A stretch of 64,000 nucleotides of DNA from Chiloscyllium plagiosum (GCF_004010195.1 NC_057718.1:74498330-74562329); one strand, 5' to 3'; positions 13,316-26,408 are shown, counted from the stretch's first letter. Translations and numbers: made by a program. The notes: a model not told the origin generated them from the sequence alone.

Positions 13316-13483
13316 AAGTGTGATGCTGGAAAAGCACGGCCATTCAGACAGAATTGGGATGAAGAGCTTCTGCTTGAAACGTCTACTCTCCTGCTCCTTG
13401 GATGCTGTCTGACTTGCTGTGCTTTTCCAGTGCCACACTTTTTGACTTTGATCTCTAGCATCTGCAGTCCTCATTTTCTTCTC
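13316..13483 (+). mobile_element. Short PLE family A insertion with inverted 5' segment
   Basis: Exact 16-bp TSD CATGGTCCCAGTCAAA (13300-13315/13484-13499); truncated hammerhead GATGAAGAGCTTCTGCTTGAAACGTC. Confidence 0.85.
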
Positions 13484-13686
13484 CATGGTCCCAGTCAAAC
13501 CTGGAGTGAAAAGTAAAGTATATGCAGGATTATTCCAATGTTGTTTTTAATACTTTTACACCTACAGTGCTAATACAAAGGGGCTTTCAGAATTTTGACC
13601 CAATGACAGCGAAGTTAGGATGGTGTGTGACGCAGACATGAGCTTGCAGGTGGTGGTGTTCCCATGCCTCTGCTATATTCTGAGTG

Positions 13687-13841
13687 TAAAAACAATGACT
13701 GCAGATGCTGGAAACCTGATTCTGGATTAGTGGTGCTGGAAGAGCACAGCAGTTCAGGCACCATCCAAGGAGCTTCGAAATTTCGAAGCTCCTTGGATGC
13801 TGCCTGAACTGCTGTGCTCTTCCAGCACCACTAATCCAGAA
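13687..13841 (-). mobile_element. Palindromic PLE terminal-repeat insertion
   Basis: 13-bp TSD TATATTCTGAGTG (13674-13686/13842-13854); 62-bp arms 13719-13780/13781-13842, no spacer, one mismatch. Confidence 0.9.
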
Positions 13842-14037
13842 TATATTCTGAGTGGTAGAGTTTGTTGATTTGCAAGGTGCTGTTTAAGGAGTATTGGTGA
13901 GTTTCCATGATGTGTCTTTTATATAATACACACAGTTGCTACTGTGCTCTATGTGGAATGAATGAATGGATTAACTTATTCGAGTGGACTACTTTATCCT
14001 GGTTAATGTCAAGCTACTTCAGTGTTCAAGTCACAGT

Positions 14038-14273
14038 TGAAGTAACTCTGCAAAGGTCAGCATCCTATCACCAAGTCATCCTTTTCTGACACATGCCTCA
14101 TACATGATACTGACCCAGCTAGCTCAGAGCTGGCTCCTAGAGTGAAAACAACTCCTGACACTCCTGTTTATTTCTGACAGCCAGGACTCCCTGACTGGAC
14201 CAGGTTAACAGCTCCAATCAGGGAATTCATACTCAATGAAGTCCACCTGGCTGAGCCCGTTCCAAACACAACA
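14038..14273 (-). repeat. Gypsy 3' LTR
   Basis: Direct repeat of 19156-19389, adjacent to polypurine tract. Confidence 0.9.
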
Positions 14274-15009
14274 TTCCTCCCCCTCTAAGTCCTGGACCGT
14301 AGGCCTGTTCTTTTCCTTGTGGCTTCTTCTCAGGCATTTTCACATCAGGTCCGGTTCCTCTAACTTTACCTTGGATACTGGTGTTGTGTACCACACTGTA
14401 GCCTGCCTCTTATGCCCGGTACATCTAGGCCAAAATTCATCCTCTTCAGGGAGTAACAATGTTGACGCTCTAACATCTGCTGTGTCCACCTCATCCTCAA
14501 GGGTTTCTTCAATGCTAGGTGGATAGGGTCAGCAGGGGGAAGTGTTCATGTGTTCTGATAGCTTTGCCAGATGTTCTGAGGAGTTAGGTGTGTTTTGTTC
14601 CTGCCCCATTTGCAAGAATGCAGCTCTCATGTGGTCCACATGCTTGCTCAGGACTGCCTCCTCCATCTGAACTTTGTATGTCATGGGACCTAAACTTGCA
14701 TTCTCCATGCCTCTTACCCATTCAGGACCATTCTGTGGTTTCATCAACAAACTTCATCCCCTTAAGTAAACTGCCTTTTCTACTTAGAGGAATATTGTGT
14801 CTGGTATTGGCATTCCTGGTGCTGTTTCACCATTCCCCACCAGCTCTAGGAAGATCAGATTTTACCTAGTAAGGAGTTTCTCTCCTCAATAGTAACCCTG
14901 CTGGAGCTGTCTCTATAGCTGAGTGAGGAATGATCCTATAATCAAACAGGAACCGGAACAGTTTGGTATGGAGTGAAACTGTAGGCTGTCCCTGCCTTCA
15001 AAGTTTCGA

Positions 15010-15225
15010 CTTGAAGATAGTGAGGACTGCAGATGCTGGAAAGTCAGGGTTGATAAAATGTGGAGCTGGAGAAAGCACAGCAGGTCAAGCAGCATCAGAT
15101 TCGACTTTTCAGGCAGGATCCTTCATCAGGACTGGAGAAGGGGAAGGAGGATAAGAAATAAATAGAGGAGGTGAGGTGGGGCTGGGAGAAAGGAAGTTGA
15201 GATGGCGATGGGTGGTGATTATGAT
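15010..15225 (-). mobile_element. PLE family A 3' fragment nested in Gypsy, with hammerhead core
   Basis: Minus strand 15099-15130 CCTGATGAAGGATCCTGCCTGAAAAGTCGAAT. Confidence 0.75.
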
Positions 15226-15289
15226 TGTGGCTGTGGCAGCATGATTGGACTGCTCTTTCTGCAAGACCATTGGAGCTTCTGAATATGAA

Positions 15290-15608
15290 TCATAGAATCT
15301 CTACAGTGTGGAAGCAGTCCATTTGACCTATCGAGTCCACACTGACCCTCTGAAGAGCATCCCTCCCAGATCCACCCTATACCCTATGTCTGTAACCCTG
15401 CATTTTCTATAGCTGACCCATCCAGTCTACACGTCCCTGGTCATTATGGGCAATTTAACTTGACCAATCCACCTAAACTACACCTGGAGGAAATTTACGC
15501 AGACACGGGGAGAATGTGCAAACCCCACATAGTCACCCGAGGCTGGAATCGAACCTGGGTCCTTGGTGCTGTGAGGCAGGAGTGCTAACCACTGAGCCAC
15601 CATGCTGC
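15290..15608 (-). mobile_element. V-SINE nested in Gypsy
   Basis: tRNA head and partially deleted V-domain. Confidence 0.8.
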
Positions 15609-16507
15609 CTCAAACATCTAATGCCAGTTGACTTTAGGAAATACTTGAATTCTCTGCTGTTGGCCCGATATCTGTGACCAACACCTCCAGGAGTCTGTGT
15701 GTTGGAAAAGATGCTCACAACCTTTCAATCATCATCCCTGTGTTTGATGAATGAGGTCTATGCATATCCAACTACTTTGAATGGGCAAACACAATGACTA
15801 AAAACATACAGCCCATGAAAGGATAGTCAACGTGTAACCAAATCCTGGCGGTAATTTTTGTCCTTGCTGTCACTGCCCCACCAATGAGCCTATGTCGGCA
15901 TCCAATCCTGGCCACCAGATATAACTTCTCGCCAACATTTTCATTTTGGAAACCCCTGGGCGACCCTAGTAGCATTCAGCCAATATCTACCAGTGACCTT
16001 TGCTTGGGACAAATGGTCTTGCTCCCCAAAATAATGTGAGTTATGTATGGTGATCTGGTCTTGCCAGATCTGGTTTTGATGGCTCTTCAATTCAGGTTTT
16101 GATGGCCCTTTTATTACCTCCATCACTACCAGCTGTTTCACTCTGCCAGGACCAGATCTTTTTGTGTCCACAGTCAGATATTGTCAGAAGTAACTGGAAG
16201 AGTACCCAGAAAGTTCAAAATTATTACAGAATTTTTTAGAGGCAACCTTTCTTCTCTATTTGGCACACGTTTGTTGAGTATCAGCCAAAGTCCTGGAAGG
16301 ATATGCTGTTGAGCCTTCCTCACTACAAGGCTACTGGTGAGTTCACACTACCCTGAATCCGTACAGGAGACATGGCATGTCAGCACCACATCTCATTTGG
16401 GATCATAGTGGGCCAACATCTTAGACAATGATAGCTACTTTTTCACTTCTGTCAAGGCTACATGTTGGCAATGTGACCATTTCCAAGGCTGACCCGTTTT
16501 CTATAGC

Positions 16508-16815
16508 AGATTAGATTAGATTACAGTGTGGAAACAGGCCCTTCGGCCCAACAAGTCCACACCGACCCGCCGAAGCGCAACCCACCCATACCCCTACATT
16601 TACCCCTTACCTAACACTACGGACAATTTAGCAAGGCCAATTCACCTGACCTGCACATCTTTGGATTGTGGGAGGAAACTGGAGCACCCGGAGGAAACCC
16701 ACGCAGACACGGGGAGAACGTGCAAACTCCACACAGTCAGTCGCCAGAGGCGGGAATTGGACCCGGGTCTCTGGCCCTGCGAGGCAGCAGTGCTAACCAC
16801 TGTGCCACCGTGCCG
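16508..16815 (-). mobile_element. Young V-SINE nested in Gypsy
   Basis: CpG-rich, highly similar to 46071-46390; (AATCT)n tail. Confidence 0.9.
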
Positions 16816-16879
16816 TCAGATGTAAGAGTGCCAGGATGGAGGCCAAGGTTACGTGTGAATTTTCCATCATAATTCACTA

Positions 16880-17560
16880 ATCCAAGGAAAGACCTAAGCT
16901 CCAAAACAGACGAAGGAACCAGGACACCTTTGATTGCCCCTCACTTCATTTTCCAATGATGTAACACGATCTTGTCGACTCTCTAGCCCAAGTAAGTCAC
17001 TTAAGATGGCAGGAACATACATTTTTCCTTGCAACACATACACCAACCTTGGGGAAACATTTAAATATTATATCCAAGTTCTCTAAATGCTCTTTAATGG
17101 TCTTCCCAGTTATTTGCACATCATCCAGGTAAATGGCAACCTGGGGAAGATGTTGTAAAATGCTTTCGGTCATCTGCTGAAAAATGGCACAGACTGATGA
17201 TATCCCAATATTGGTACAAACTCTTATGGGTATTAATAGTAGCATATGTCAGGGAATCCTCATCTACTTGCAATTGCGTGTATGTACTACTCATGTCCCG
17301 CTTCCTGCTAGTTTTGTGTATATGTTCACTAAGTGAGGGATTGGGCAACGAACTGCAAAACGTGGTTTACCACTTGTTTGAAATCCCCACAAGGACAAAC
17401 AAACCTTGGGCTTCACAATTGGTCTGACTGGTGCTGCCCATTCTGCAAACTGTGAGTTTTGGTGATTCTTTCGTTTTCCAGTTTGCTCTCTACTTATCCA
17501 AGTTAGATAAATGGCACTGAGAGACCTTGCAGAATTGTGGAATTGCTTTTTGGTCAGCAT
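16880..17560 (-). pseudogene. Gypsy reverse transcriptase remnant
   Basis: EWAAPVRPIVKP, LQVDEDSLTYATINTHKSLYQY and YLDD motifs spread over three frames. Confidence 0.85.
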
Positions 17561-17799
17561 ATAAGGTGATCTTGGGCTCTTAGATAGTTCCTAGACCTTC
17601 CTGAAAATCTTCCGGGTCTCTAGTCCGTACTTCACAAAGGCAGTCATTTTCTAATCGAAAAATGTTGAGCCAATCAAGTCGAATATTTCTCAACCAAATT
17701 CGCCCCATGAAGCTTGGGCCCAAGCTTTTAACTACAATCAGTGGTAACTGAACAGCTATCTCTCATAAGAGTCCGGAACCAAAGTTGTACCCTTAATCT

Positions 17800-18033
17800 G
17801 TCTATGTGGAGTTTGCACCATTCTCCCCGTCTGCGTGGGTTTCCTCTGGGTGCTCCGGTTTCCTCCCACAATCCAAAGATGTGCAGGTCAGGTGAATTGG
17901 CCAAGCAAAATTGCCCGTAGTGTTAAGTGCATTAGTCAAAGGGAAATGGGTGTGGGTGGGTTACACTTCAGAGGGTTGGTGTGGACTGGTTGGGCAGAAG
18001 GGCCTGTTTCCACACTGTGTGGAATGTAATCTA
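17800..18033 (+). mobile_element. 5'-truncated V-SINE nested in Gypsy
   Basis: V-domain and tail. Confidence 0.85.
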
Positions 18034-19155
18034 AGCTGTAGGAGTTCCCTGGTATAGGTTTGCGGCCTCGCCGAGATATTACTCAAAATTAATGATTGGA
18101 GTCTGGAGTGAATTTTGGTAAAGACTGGTTCTGCAAACACAGATACAGCCACACCCTTTATTAGACCTGGGTGACTGTTTAACCAGACGTTTACTTTGAT
18201 TGTTTTTGATTAGGATGTTGCCAAGCAATTTAACTGTCCCAAACCAGCTGTGGGTGGACTTTCCTGGATGTTCATTCCCTGGGATACCAAGTTCTCTTCC
18301 TTAATTCAGGCTGAGTGGCATCTTTTGCTGTCTTAAGTCTGCATACTGGCAGCAACTGCATTGGCCTGCAGCCTCAATCCTTGGAAAAATTTAACTGTTT
18401 GGCTGAGGCTTGGCTTTGTTTTGGGGTTTTGCTTGGGGCTGACCTAGAGTCCTTCTGCTCAGGATATGTCCTGAGTGAGGTCATGCAATTGCCTTCACTC
18501 AAGTAGTATTCCCCAAGTTCAGTCAGCCTGGTGAGGGTATCCACTTCTTTTGGAATACCCTGTAACTCTATTTGCCGCATTTTCTATGAAAACGCCAGTT
18601 GTAGTGCCTGTTTGAAGCCCAGTTGCGGTTCAGATAGTAGGCACTTTTGCATGGGCACATCATTAATCCCATATACGAAACAATCTCTCAGCATCTCATT
18701 TAGGATTAAATCAAAATCACATGCCTCTGCCAGTTGTCTTAACCTCGTCAAAAATCCTGATGTGGATTCCATGGTTCTCGAACTGCCGAGTAAAACTGAA
18801 AGTGTCTCAAACTTGGAGGAGGTTTGGGGTCATAATATTCCTGAACTAAATCTGTCGACTCTTAAAAGGTTTTAGTCTCTGGTGCCTCAAGGAAAGTTCA
18901 AACCTCTAATAAATGAAATAGCTACGAATCCATAAATTGTCCAGAGAATGACTTCTTAGTTTTCATCTGCTTCAATCTCATTTGCCTAGAAAAAAAAATG
19001 CATTCTTTCCACATACTGGGCTCAATCTTCGACAGCAGTATCGAAAGACTCAAGCTTTCAAATAATGACATGATGCCCAAGATGCTTACTTCCCAACTCA
19101 AAGATGACTATTGCGAGCTAATCTCTTTAAGGGCGTGTTTTTCTCTTGTCACCAT

Positions 19156-19389
19156 TGAAATAGCTTCACGAAGGCCGGTATCACGTCACCAAGTCACCCT
19201 CTATTTCCACATGCATGGTACATGATACTGACCCAGCTCATTAGAACTGCCTCCTAGAGTGAACAGAACTCCTGACACTCCTGTTTGTCTCTGTCAGCCA
19301 GGACTCCCTGATTGGAAAGGTTAACAGCCCCAATCAGGGAACTCATATTCTACGAGGTCTACCTGGTTGATCTCATTACAATCACTACA
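19156..19389 (-). repeat. Gypsy 5' LTR
   Basis: Followed on the minus strand by the PBS; direct repeat of 14038-14273. Confidence 0.9.
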
Positions 19390-21593
19390 ACAGTCATACA
19401 GAGATACAGCACAGGAAGAGCCCTTTAGCCTATTGCCTCCATGCTAGTCAAAAGAAAATTACCTAACTATTCTAAACCCATTTTACAGTACTTGGATCAT
19501 AGCCTGGTATGCCTTGGCGCAAAGTATTTCTTAAATGTACCTCCACCAGCTTTATAGGCAGTGAATTCCACATTCCTATCACGCTCTGGGTGACATGGTT
19601 TTACCTCACATCTCCTCTAAACCTTCTGCCTCTTACCTTATATTTATACTCCTCAGTCATTGATCCCTCTAACAAGGTGAAAAGATTTTTCCTGTCTCTC
19701 CTATCTATAATCTTATAAGTCTCAATCATGTCCCTTCTCAATCTCCTCTGCTCTAAGAAAAACAATCTAAATCTGTCCAATCTCTTTGCATAACAGAAAC
19801 TTTCCAGCCAAAATACATCCTCTTGCAGTCTAAGGTTATCCTCCTCTAAGGTTATGACCTCACCAATTTTTGTAAGGTTTGCAAACTTACTGATCAACAC
19901 TCCTACATTCAAGTCTAAATCTTTTATATAGTACACAAACAACAAGGGCCCCAACACTGATTCCTGTGGGACGCCACTGGACACAGACTTGCAGTTGTAA
20001 AAACATCCCTCAACCATCACCCGCCATCAGCCAATTATGGATTCAACTTTTCAAATTTCCTTGAATCGTATGGGCTCTTACCTTTGATATCAATTTTCAA
20101 TGTTGGACCTTATCAAAACGCTTGCTGATGTCGAAGTAGATTACATCAAACACATTGCCCTTGTCTACACATCTGGTCAGCTCTTCAAAAAATTCAATCA
20201 AATTGATCTGACATGACCTTCCCTTAACAAAAGTATGCTGACTATTCTTGATTAATCTCTGCCTCACCAAATGCACTTACTTTGTCTCTCAGAATTGCTT
20301 ATAATAGTTTCCCCACCACTGAGGTTAGAATGATGGGCCTGTAGTTTCCTGGTTTATCCCGTGCTTCGTTCCTGATTAAGGGCATCACATTGACTGCCCT
20401 TCCGTTCTCTGGCACCTCTCGTGTAGCCAGAGAGGAATTGAAAATTATTGCAAGTGTTTTTTCCTCTATTGCCTCACACAACAACCTGGAAAAAATTTCT
20501 TCTGGCCTTGGAGGTTTATCTACATTAAAACTTTTAAGATTCTTCGCTGTCAATGCTAATTTCTTTCACTGCATCATAGGCCTTCTGCCTGATTTGCTAC
20601 CAATGTTGTACCTCTCACTAGTGAACGCTGACCTAATGTATACATTTAGAATCCTACCTATTTCCTCTGGCTCTATACCCAAATTACTACTGTGGACCTT
20701 AATGGGCTCTACTCTTTCCCTCATTATCCTTTACCCTTACTGTAAACTGTAAAACAACTTACAATTTCCCTTTATTTTACCTGCCAGAATCTTTTCATAT
20801 CCCATTTTAGTTCTCCTAATCTCCCTTTGAGTTGCCTCTCGCACATTCTATACTTGTCTAAGGCTTCTGCTGTTTTGAGCCCTCAATATCTGCCATAAAC
20901 CTTTTCCGCTTAATCCAATGCTGTACATCCCTTGATATCAAGGGTTCACAGGATTTAGAGTCATAGAGTCATAGAGATGGACAGCATGGAAACAGACCCT
21001 TCAGTCCAAGCCGTCCATGCCGCCCAGAAATCCCAACCCAATCTAGTCCTACCTGCCAGCACCTGGCCCATATCCCTCCAAACCCTTCCTATTCATATAC
21101 CCATCCAAATGCCGCTTAAATGTTGCAATTGTATCAGCCTCCACCACTTCCTTTGGCAGCTCATTCCATACGCATACCACCCTCGGCGTGACAAAGTTGC
21201 CCCTTCGGTCTCTTTTATATCTTTCCTCTCTCACCCTAAACCTATGCCCTCTAGTTCTGGACTCCCCGACCCCAGGGAAAAGACTTTGCCTATTTATCCT
21301 ATCTATGCCCCTTGTAATTTTGTAAACCTCTATAAGGTCACCCCTCAGCCTCCGACACTCCAAGGAAAACAGCCACAGCCTGTTCAGCCTCTCCCTATAG
21401 CTCAAATCCTTCAACCCTGTCAACATCCTTCTAAATCTTTTCTGAACCCTTTCAAGTTTCACAACATCTTCCTGATAGGAAGGAGACCAGACTTGCACGC
21501 AATATTCCAACAGTGGCCTAATTAATTTCCTGTACAGATGCAACATGACCTCCCAACTCCTGTACTCAATACTCTGACCAATAAAGGAAAGCA

Positions 21594-21919
21594 NNNNNNN
21601 NNNNNNNNNNNNNNNNNNNNNNNNNNNNNNNNNNNNNNNNNNNNNNNNNNNNNNNNNNNNNNNNNNNNNNNNNNNNNNNNNNNNNNNNNNNNNNNNNNNN
21701 NNNNNNNNNNNNNNNNNNNNNNNNNNNNNNNNNNNNNNNNNNNNNNNNNNNNNNNNNNNNNNNNNNNNNNNNNNNNNNNNNNNNNNNNNNNNNNNNNNNN
21801 NNNNNNNNNNNNNNNNNNNNNNNNNNNNNNNNNNNNNNNNNNNNNNNNNNNNNNNNNNNNNNNNNNNNNNNNNNNNNNNNNNNNNNNNNNNNNNNNNNNN
21901 NNNNNNNNNNNNNNNNNNN
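21594..21919. other. Assembly gap (N run)
   Basis: 326 N inside young CR1 ORF2. Confidence 1.
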
Positions 21920-22199
21920 CCATGTTGGCTATCCCGAATCAGTCCTTGCCTTTCCAGATACATGTACATCCTGTCCCTCAGGATTCCCTCCAACAACTTG
22001 CCCACCACTGAGGTCAGGCTCACCGGTCGATAGTTCCCTGGCTTGACTTTACTGCCCTTCTTAAATAGTGGCACCACATTTGCCAACCTCCAGTCTTCCG
22101 GCACCTCACCTGTGACTATCGATGATACAAATATCTCAGCAAGAGGCCCAGCAATCACTTCTCTAGCTTCCCACAGTGTTCTTGGGTACACCTTTTTAA

Positions 22200-22512
22200 G
22201 GTTAGATTACCTACAGTGTGGAAACAGGCCTTTCGGCCCAACAAGTCCACACCAACCATCCGAAGAGAAACCCAACCCCCTTATTTACCCCTGACTAATC
22301 CACCTAACACTACAGGCAATTTAGCATGGCCAATTCACCTGACCTGCACATCTTTGGACTGTGGGAGGAAACCGGAGCACCCAGAAGAAACCCACGCAGA
22401 CACAGGGAGAATGTGCAAACTCAACACTGACAGTTGCCCGAGGGGGGAATTGAACTTGGGTCCCTGGCGCTTTGAGGCAGCAGTGCTAACCACTGAGCCA
22501 CCATGCCGCACC
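22200..22512 (-). mobile_element. V-SINE inserted in young CR1 ORF2
   Basis: Splits ...GGGTACACCT|GATCAGG of the LINE. Confidence 0.9.
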
Positions 22513-22633
22513 TAATAATAAGACCTGATCAGGTCCTGGCGATTTATCCACCTTTACCTGTTTCAAGACATCCAGCACTTCCTCCTCTGTAATCTGGACA
22601 TTTTGCAAGATGTCACCATCTATATACCTACTG

Positions 22634-22901
22634 TCTATATCTTCCATATCCTTTTCCACAGTAAATACTGATGCAAAATATTCATTTCGTTTCTCTCCCA
22701 TTTTCTGTGGCTCCACACAAATGCCGCTTTGCTGATCTTTGAGGGGTCCTATTTTCTCCCTAGTTACCCTTTCTATATCTTCCATATCCTTTTCCACAGT
22801 AAATACTGATGCAAAATATTCATTTCGTTTCTCTCCCATTTTCTGTGGCTCCACACAGCTTTGCTGATCTTTGAGGGGCCCTATTTTCTCCCTAGTTACC
22901 C
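22634..22901 (-). repeat. In-frame tandem duplication (~132-138 bp) in CR1 ORF2
   Basis: RVTREKIGPLKDQQ...VFTVEKDMEDI occurs twice in ORF 22486-23238. Confidence 0.9.
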
Positions 22902-24227
22902 TTTTGTCCTTAATATATTTGTAAAAGTCCTTTGGATTCTCCTTAATTCTATTTGCCAAAGCTATCTCATGTCCCCTTTTTGCCCTCCTGATTTCCCTCT
23001 TAAGTATACTCCTACTTAATTTATTCTCTTCTAAGGATTCACTCGATCTATCCTGTTTATACCTGACATATGCTTCCTTCTTTTTCTTAACAAAACCCTC
23101 AATTTCTTTAGTCATCCAGCATTCCCTATACCTATCAGCCTTCCTTTTCACCCTGACAGGAATATACTTTCTCTGGATTCTTGTTATCTCATTTCTGAAG
23201 GCTTCCCATTTTCCAGCCGTCCCTTTACCTGCGAACATCTGCCTCCAATCAGCTTTTGAAAGCTCTTGCCTAATACCATCAAAATATGTTTGGAAAGTTA
23301 AAATCCCCTACCATAACCACCCTATTATTCTTACAGATAGCTGAGATCTCCTTACAAGTTTGTTTCTCAATTTCCCTCCGACTATTGGGGGGTCTATAAT
23401 ACAATCTCAATAAGGTGATCATCCCTTTCTTATTTCTCAGTTCCACCCAAATAACTTCCCTGGATGTATTTCCGGGAATATCCTCCTTCAGCACAACTGT
23501 AATGCTATCCCTTATCGAAAATGTCACTCCCCCTCCTCTCTTGCCTCCCTGTCTATCCTTCCTGTAGTATTTGTATCCTGGAACATTAAGCTGCCAGTCC
23601 AACCCATCCCTGAGCCATGTTTCTGTAATTGCTATGATATCCCAGTCCCATGATCCTAATCATGCCCTGAGCTCATTTGCCTTCCCTGTTGAGCCCCTTG
23701 CATTGAAATAAATGCAGTTTAATTTATTAGTCCTATCTTGTGCCTGCCTGCCCTGACTGTTTGACTCACTTCTGTTCTCAACTGTACCAGTCTCAGATTG
23801 ATCACTGTCCTCACTATCTCCCTGGGTCCACCTTCCCCCCACCACCTTACTAATTTAAATCCTCCCAAGCAGTTCTCTCAAATTTCCCTGCCAGTATATT
23901 CGTCCCCTTCCAATTTAGGTGCAATCCGTCCTTCTTGTACAGGTCACTTTGATGGTTACTTTTCATTTTTGGAATATGTTGGCCCTGGACACTCCATATT
24001 TTTTGAATAGGTCCCACTGGTCTGAGTCAGATTTATCTGAAAGTATCTGTTCTCAAGTCCACTCTGGCCAAATCATGTCTGATGTTATGAAAGTCAGCCC
24101 TCCTCTAAGTGAGAACTTCGATTTCAGGCTCATCCTTGACCTTTTTCAGAACAATCTTGAACATAACAGAGTCTGCAAAACATTCCCCCACTGTTACTAC
24201 GATCACTTGACCACCTTCATTACCTAC

Positions 24228-24383
24228 TTGGACCGTGGGAGGAAACCAGAGCACCTGTCGGAAACCCATGCAGACATGGGGAGAATGTGCAAATGCTACA
24301 CAGACAGTTGACCAAGCCTGGAATCGAACCCAGGTCCCTAGCACTATGAGATAGCAGTGCTAACCACTGAACTACTGGGCCAC
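24228..24383 (-). mobile_element. Partial V-SINE
   Basis: tRNA head and first half of V-domain. Confidence 0.8.
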
Positions 24384-26408
24384 CTTACACAGTCATCTCC
24401 CCTAACACTATCCACAACAGTATATCTGTTTAAAAGTGCAGTGGCCACAGGGGATTCCTGCACTATCTGCCTTCCTCTACTTTGCCTGGTGGTCACCTAT
24501 GTCCTTTTTTGTCTGTTTATTCTGCACCTGTAGAGTAACCACCCCACTGAACGTGCTATCTACAACTTGCTCAACATTGCGGATGTTCCACAGTGAATTG
24601 ACCTGCGGCTCTAGCTCTGAAATGCAGTTCGTCAGTAGCTGCAGCTGGATACATTTCCTGCATGTGTCAACCAGGGGCAATTGAAGTTTAACACAATTTT
24701 CCACGTAGCACAGGAGGGTGCAAGTTCAGTTGCCATGACTTCTTTTAAGCCCCTGAGTAACTCTCTTTTCTAAAGAGTTATGATGTAATGAATACTGTTA
24801 ACTTACCAGCTTGAACTAGTTGGACCGAAGGGTCTGTTTCCATGCTCTACAACGACTTGCCACATAACTGTCCTTCCCTTATTCTACTTTGTTTACTTAC
24901 AATACGTACTTATATTAATTATTACACTTTCATTTATTTCTGACATTTTTCAATTAATTCTTTCTTCCAAAAATATATACTTCTTTTAAAAATCAGGAAC
25001 CAAACATAACACCACTTTCCTGTGATGTCACTGTTTTGATTTGTTTTCCTAATCAACAGACCCTGAAGTTGAAGTTGTTAAACTAGGATATCTTTCTTTC
25101 TGCTCAGTTGAAGAATATAGCCTTGCATACTATAAACTCTGAAAAAGAATCACACAAACTATGAACTAAAAACCCTCAAAAAGCACATCTTCCCCTGTGC
25201 GCTAACTCCCATGATGCACTAAATGTCCAGTGACACACACTCACTTGGGCTGTACCTCTTTCTGGGTGTGCCTTCTCCAAGCTGCTTGTGCAAGGTGTAC
25301 TGATCATACACTTTCTAACAATCCCTTCCTTAAATAGAGCTGGGTTAAACTGAAGTGTTCTTGAAGCTACATTCATCTAGGAAAGTGGTAATTACTGCAC
25401 TTCTATCCTGACTTGTGGAAAAATGCATTGGTTTTCAGGGCTCAGGAGTGTCTGACCTGTTCTTGTAGTTATACTTGTTATATGGATGGTCCAGTTAAGC
25501 TTTTGATTAATAACAACTGGCAGGATGTTTGCAGTGGGGGATTCAATGACAGCAATTCTATTGAATGTCATTGGGAAATTGTTAGATTGTGTACCTGGTG
25601 ATTTGGTCTTTGGCCTCCCTTCTCTGCCTTGAACTTGCCCATTGCCTTCACTTATGCTTTAAGCTGTACAATTGCAATAGGTCTTTCCAGGGGTACCAGG
25701 GTAGGCTGTATCCCTGTCCTCTCACAGATACTAACTAGAGAACAACAGCCCAGTAGCTTCAGGTTTCACAGGTGGCAAGAAGTGGAAAGAAATGCAGAAG
25801 CTTGCATCTTTAGGGCACAGTTAAGTGACAATGTGAAAGTAAGGTACAAGTGGTTGAAGCGCATGGTGCCACATCAACATCAGTGTGGTGGAAGTGTTTG
25901 CAGCATACATGACAAACACACTGCATATGCGGGAAAAGCATGATGAAATAAGTACATGTTCGGGGCAGAATGTGTCATGGGGCTAGGGTAGACTTATCTT
26001 ACTTGGGACTACAGCCACAATTAGACCAGAGGCTGGGTCATTTCTAATCTGGGATATTGGAAATGCTCAGTTCAGTAAATTGCTAATTATTTATGGGGTA
26101 AGGAATGAGAAAGGAATAATTGGCAATATAGTTATGGGAGTCCCCTTGGAAAACAGTGAACATACTATGACACAGTGGAGAGTGACATAGTTGATTCTAA
26201 GACGAGGGTCCTGAATCGAAATAAAGGAAAATATGAGACTTGAGTTGGCAATGCTAAATTGGGGACTGTTACTTGAAGTGATGACAGTGGATAGGAAAGG
26301 CAAATATTTAAATAGTGCATGAAGGAGCTGCACCAATTGTTCATTCTGGTCTGGCTCAAAAACAATATGGGAAAGTTGGCTTGACCATGGTTAACCATGG
26401 AAATTTGG

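Larger units (their letters stand above)
14038..19389 (-). mobile_element. Decayed full-length Gypsy (Ty3/Gypsy, Mag/K02A2.6-like) LTR retrotransposon
   Basis: LTRs 14038-14273 and 19156-19389 (TG...CA), exact 5-bp TSD ACAGT, PBS-like TGGTGACAAGAG (19143-19154), PPT (14274-14285); gag FLTRLRQLAEACDF...MLRDCFVYGIND; RT AIFQQMTESILQHLPQVAIYLDDVQITG; integrase-like remnants ~15600-15950. Confidence 0.92.
20956..23950 (-). mobile_element. Young CR1 LINE (HER1-like), ORF2 APE endonuclease plus RT, spanning an assembly gap
   Basis: Long ORFs 23279-23602 (YYRPP...MVGDFNFP), 22486-23238, 21049-22191 (PEDWRLANVVPLFKKG...NYRPVSLTSVVGK); (GACTCTAT)n tail. Confidence 0.95.
19395..25050 (-). mobile_element. 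Older near-full-length CR1 LINE (ORF2 19395-20955 and ~23950-24230; ORF1 ~24400-24720), interrupted by a younger CR1
   Basis: ORFs 19601-20020 ([14 protein letters not shown]), 20299-20553 (GNYRPIILTSVVGKLL), 24477-24704 (CRKCIQLQLL..ISELE, ORF1 N-terminal part); joining of the segments is inferred. Confidence 0.75.

Noticed and set aside
13719..13842. Classical DNA-transposon MITE or pre-miRNA interpretation of the palindrome
   Set aside because: Arms are PLE terminal-repeat sequence, the insert is asymmetric and the TSD is 13 bp, which fits retrotransposition better; small-RNA production is untested.
16526..16825. Recurrent ORFs (…CGRKPEHPEETHADTGR…) suggesting a gene family
   Set aside because: Antisense translations of V-SINE copies.
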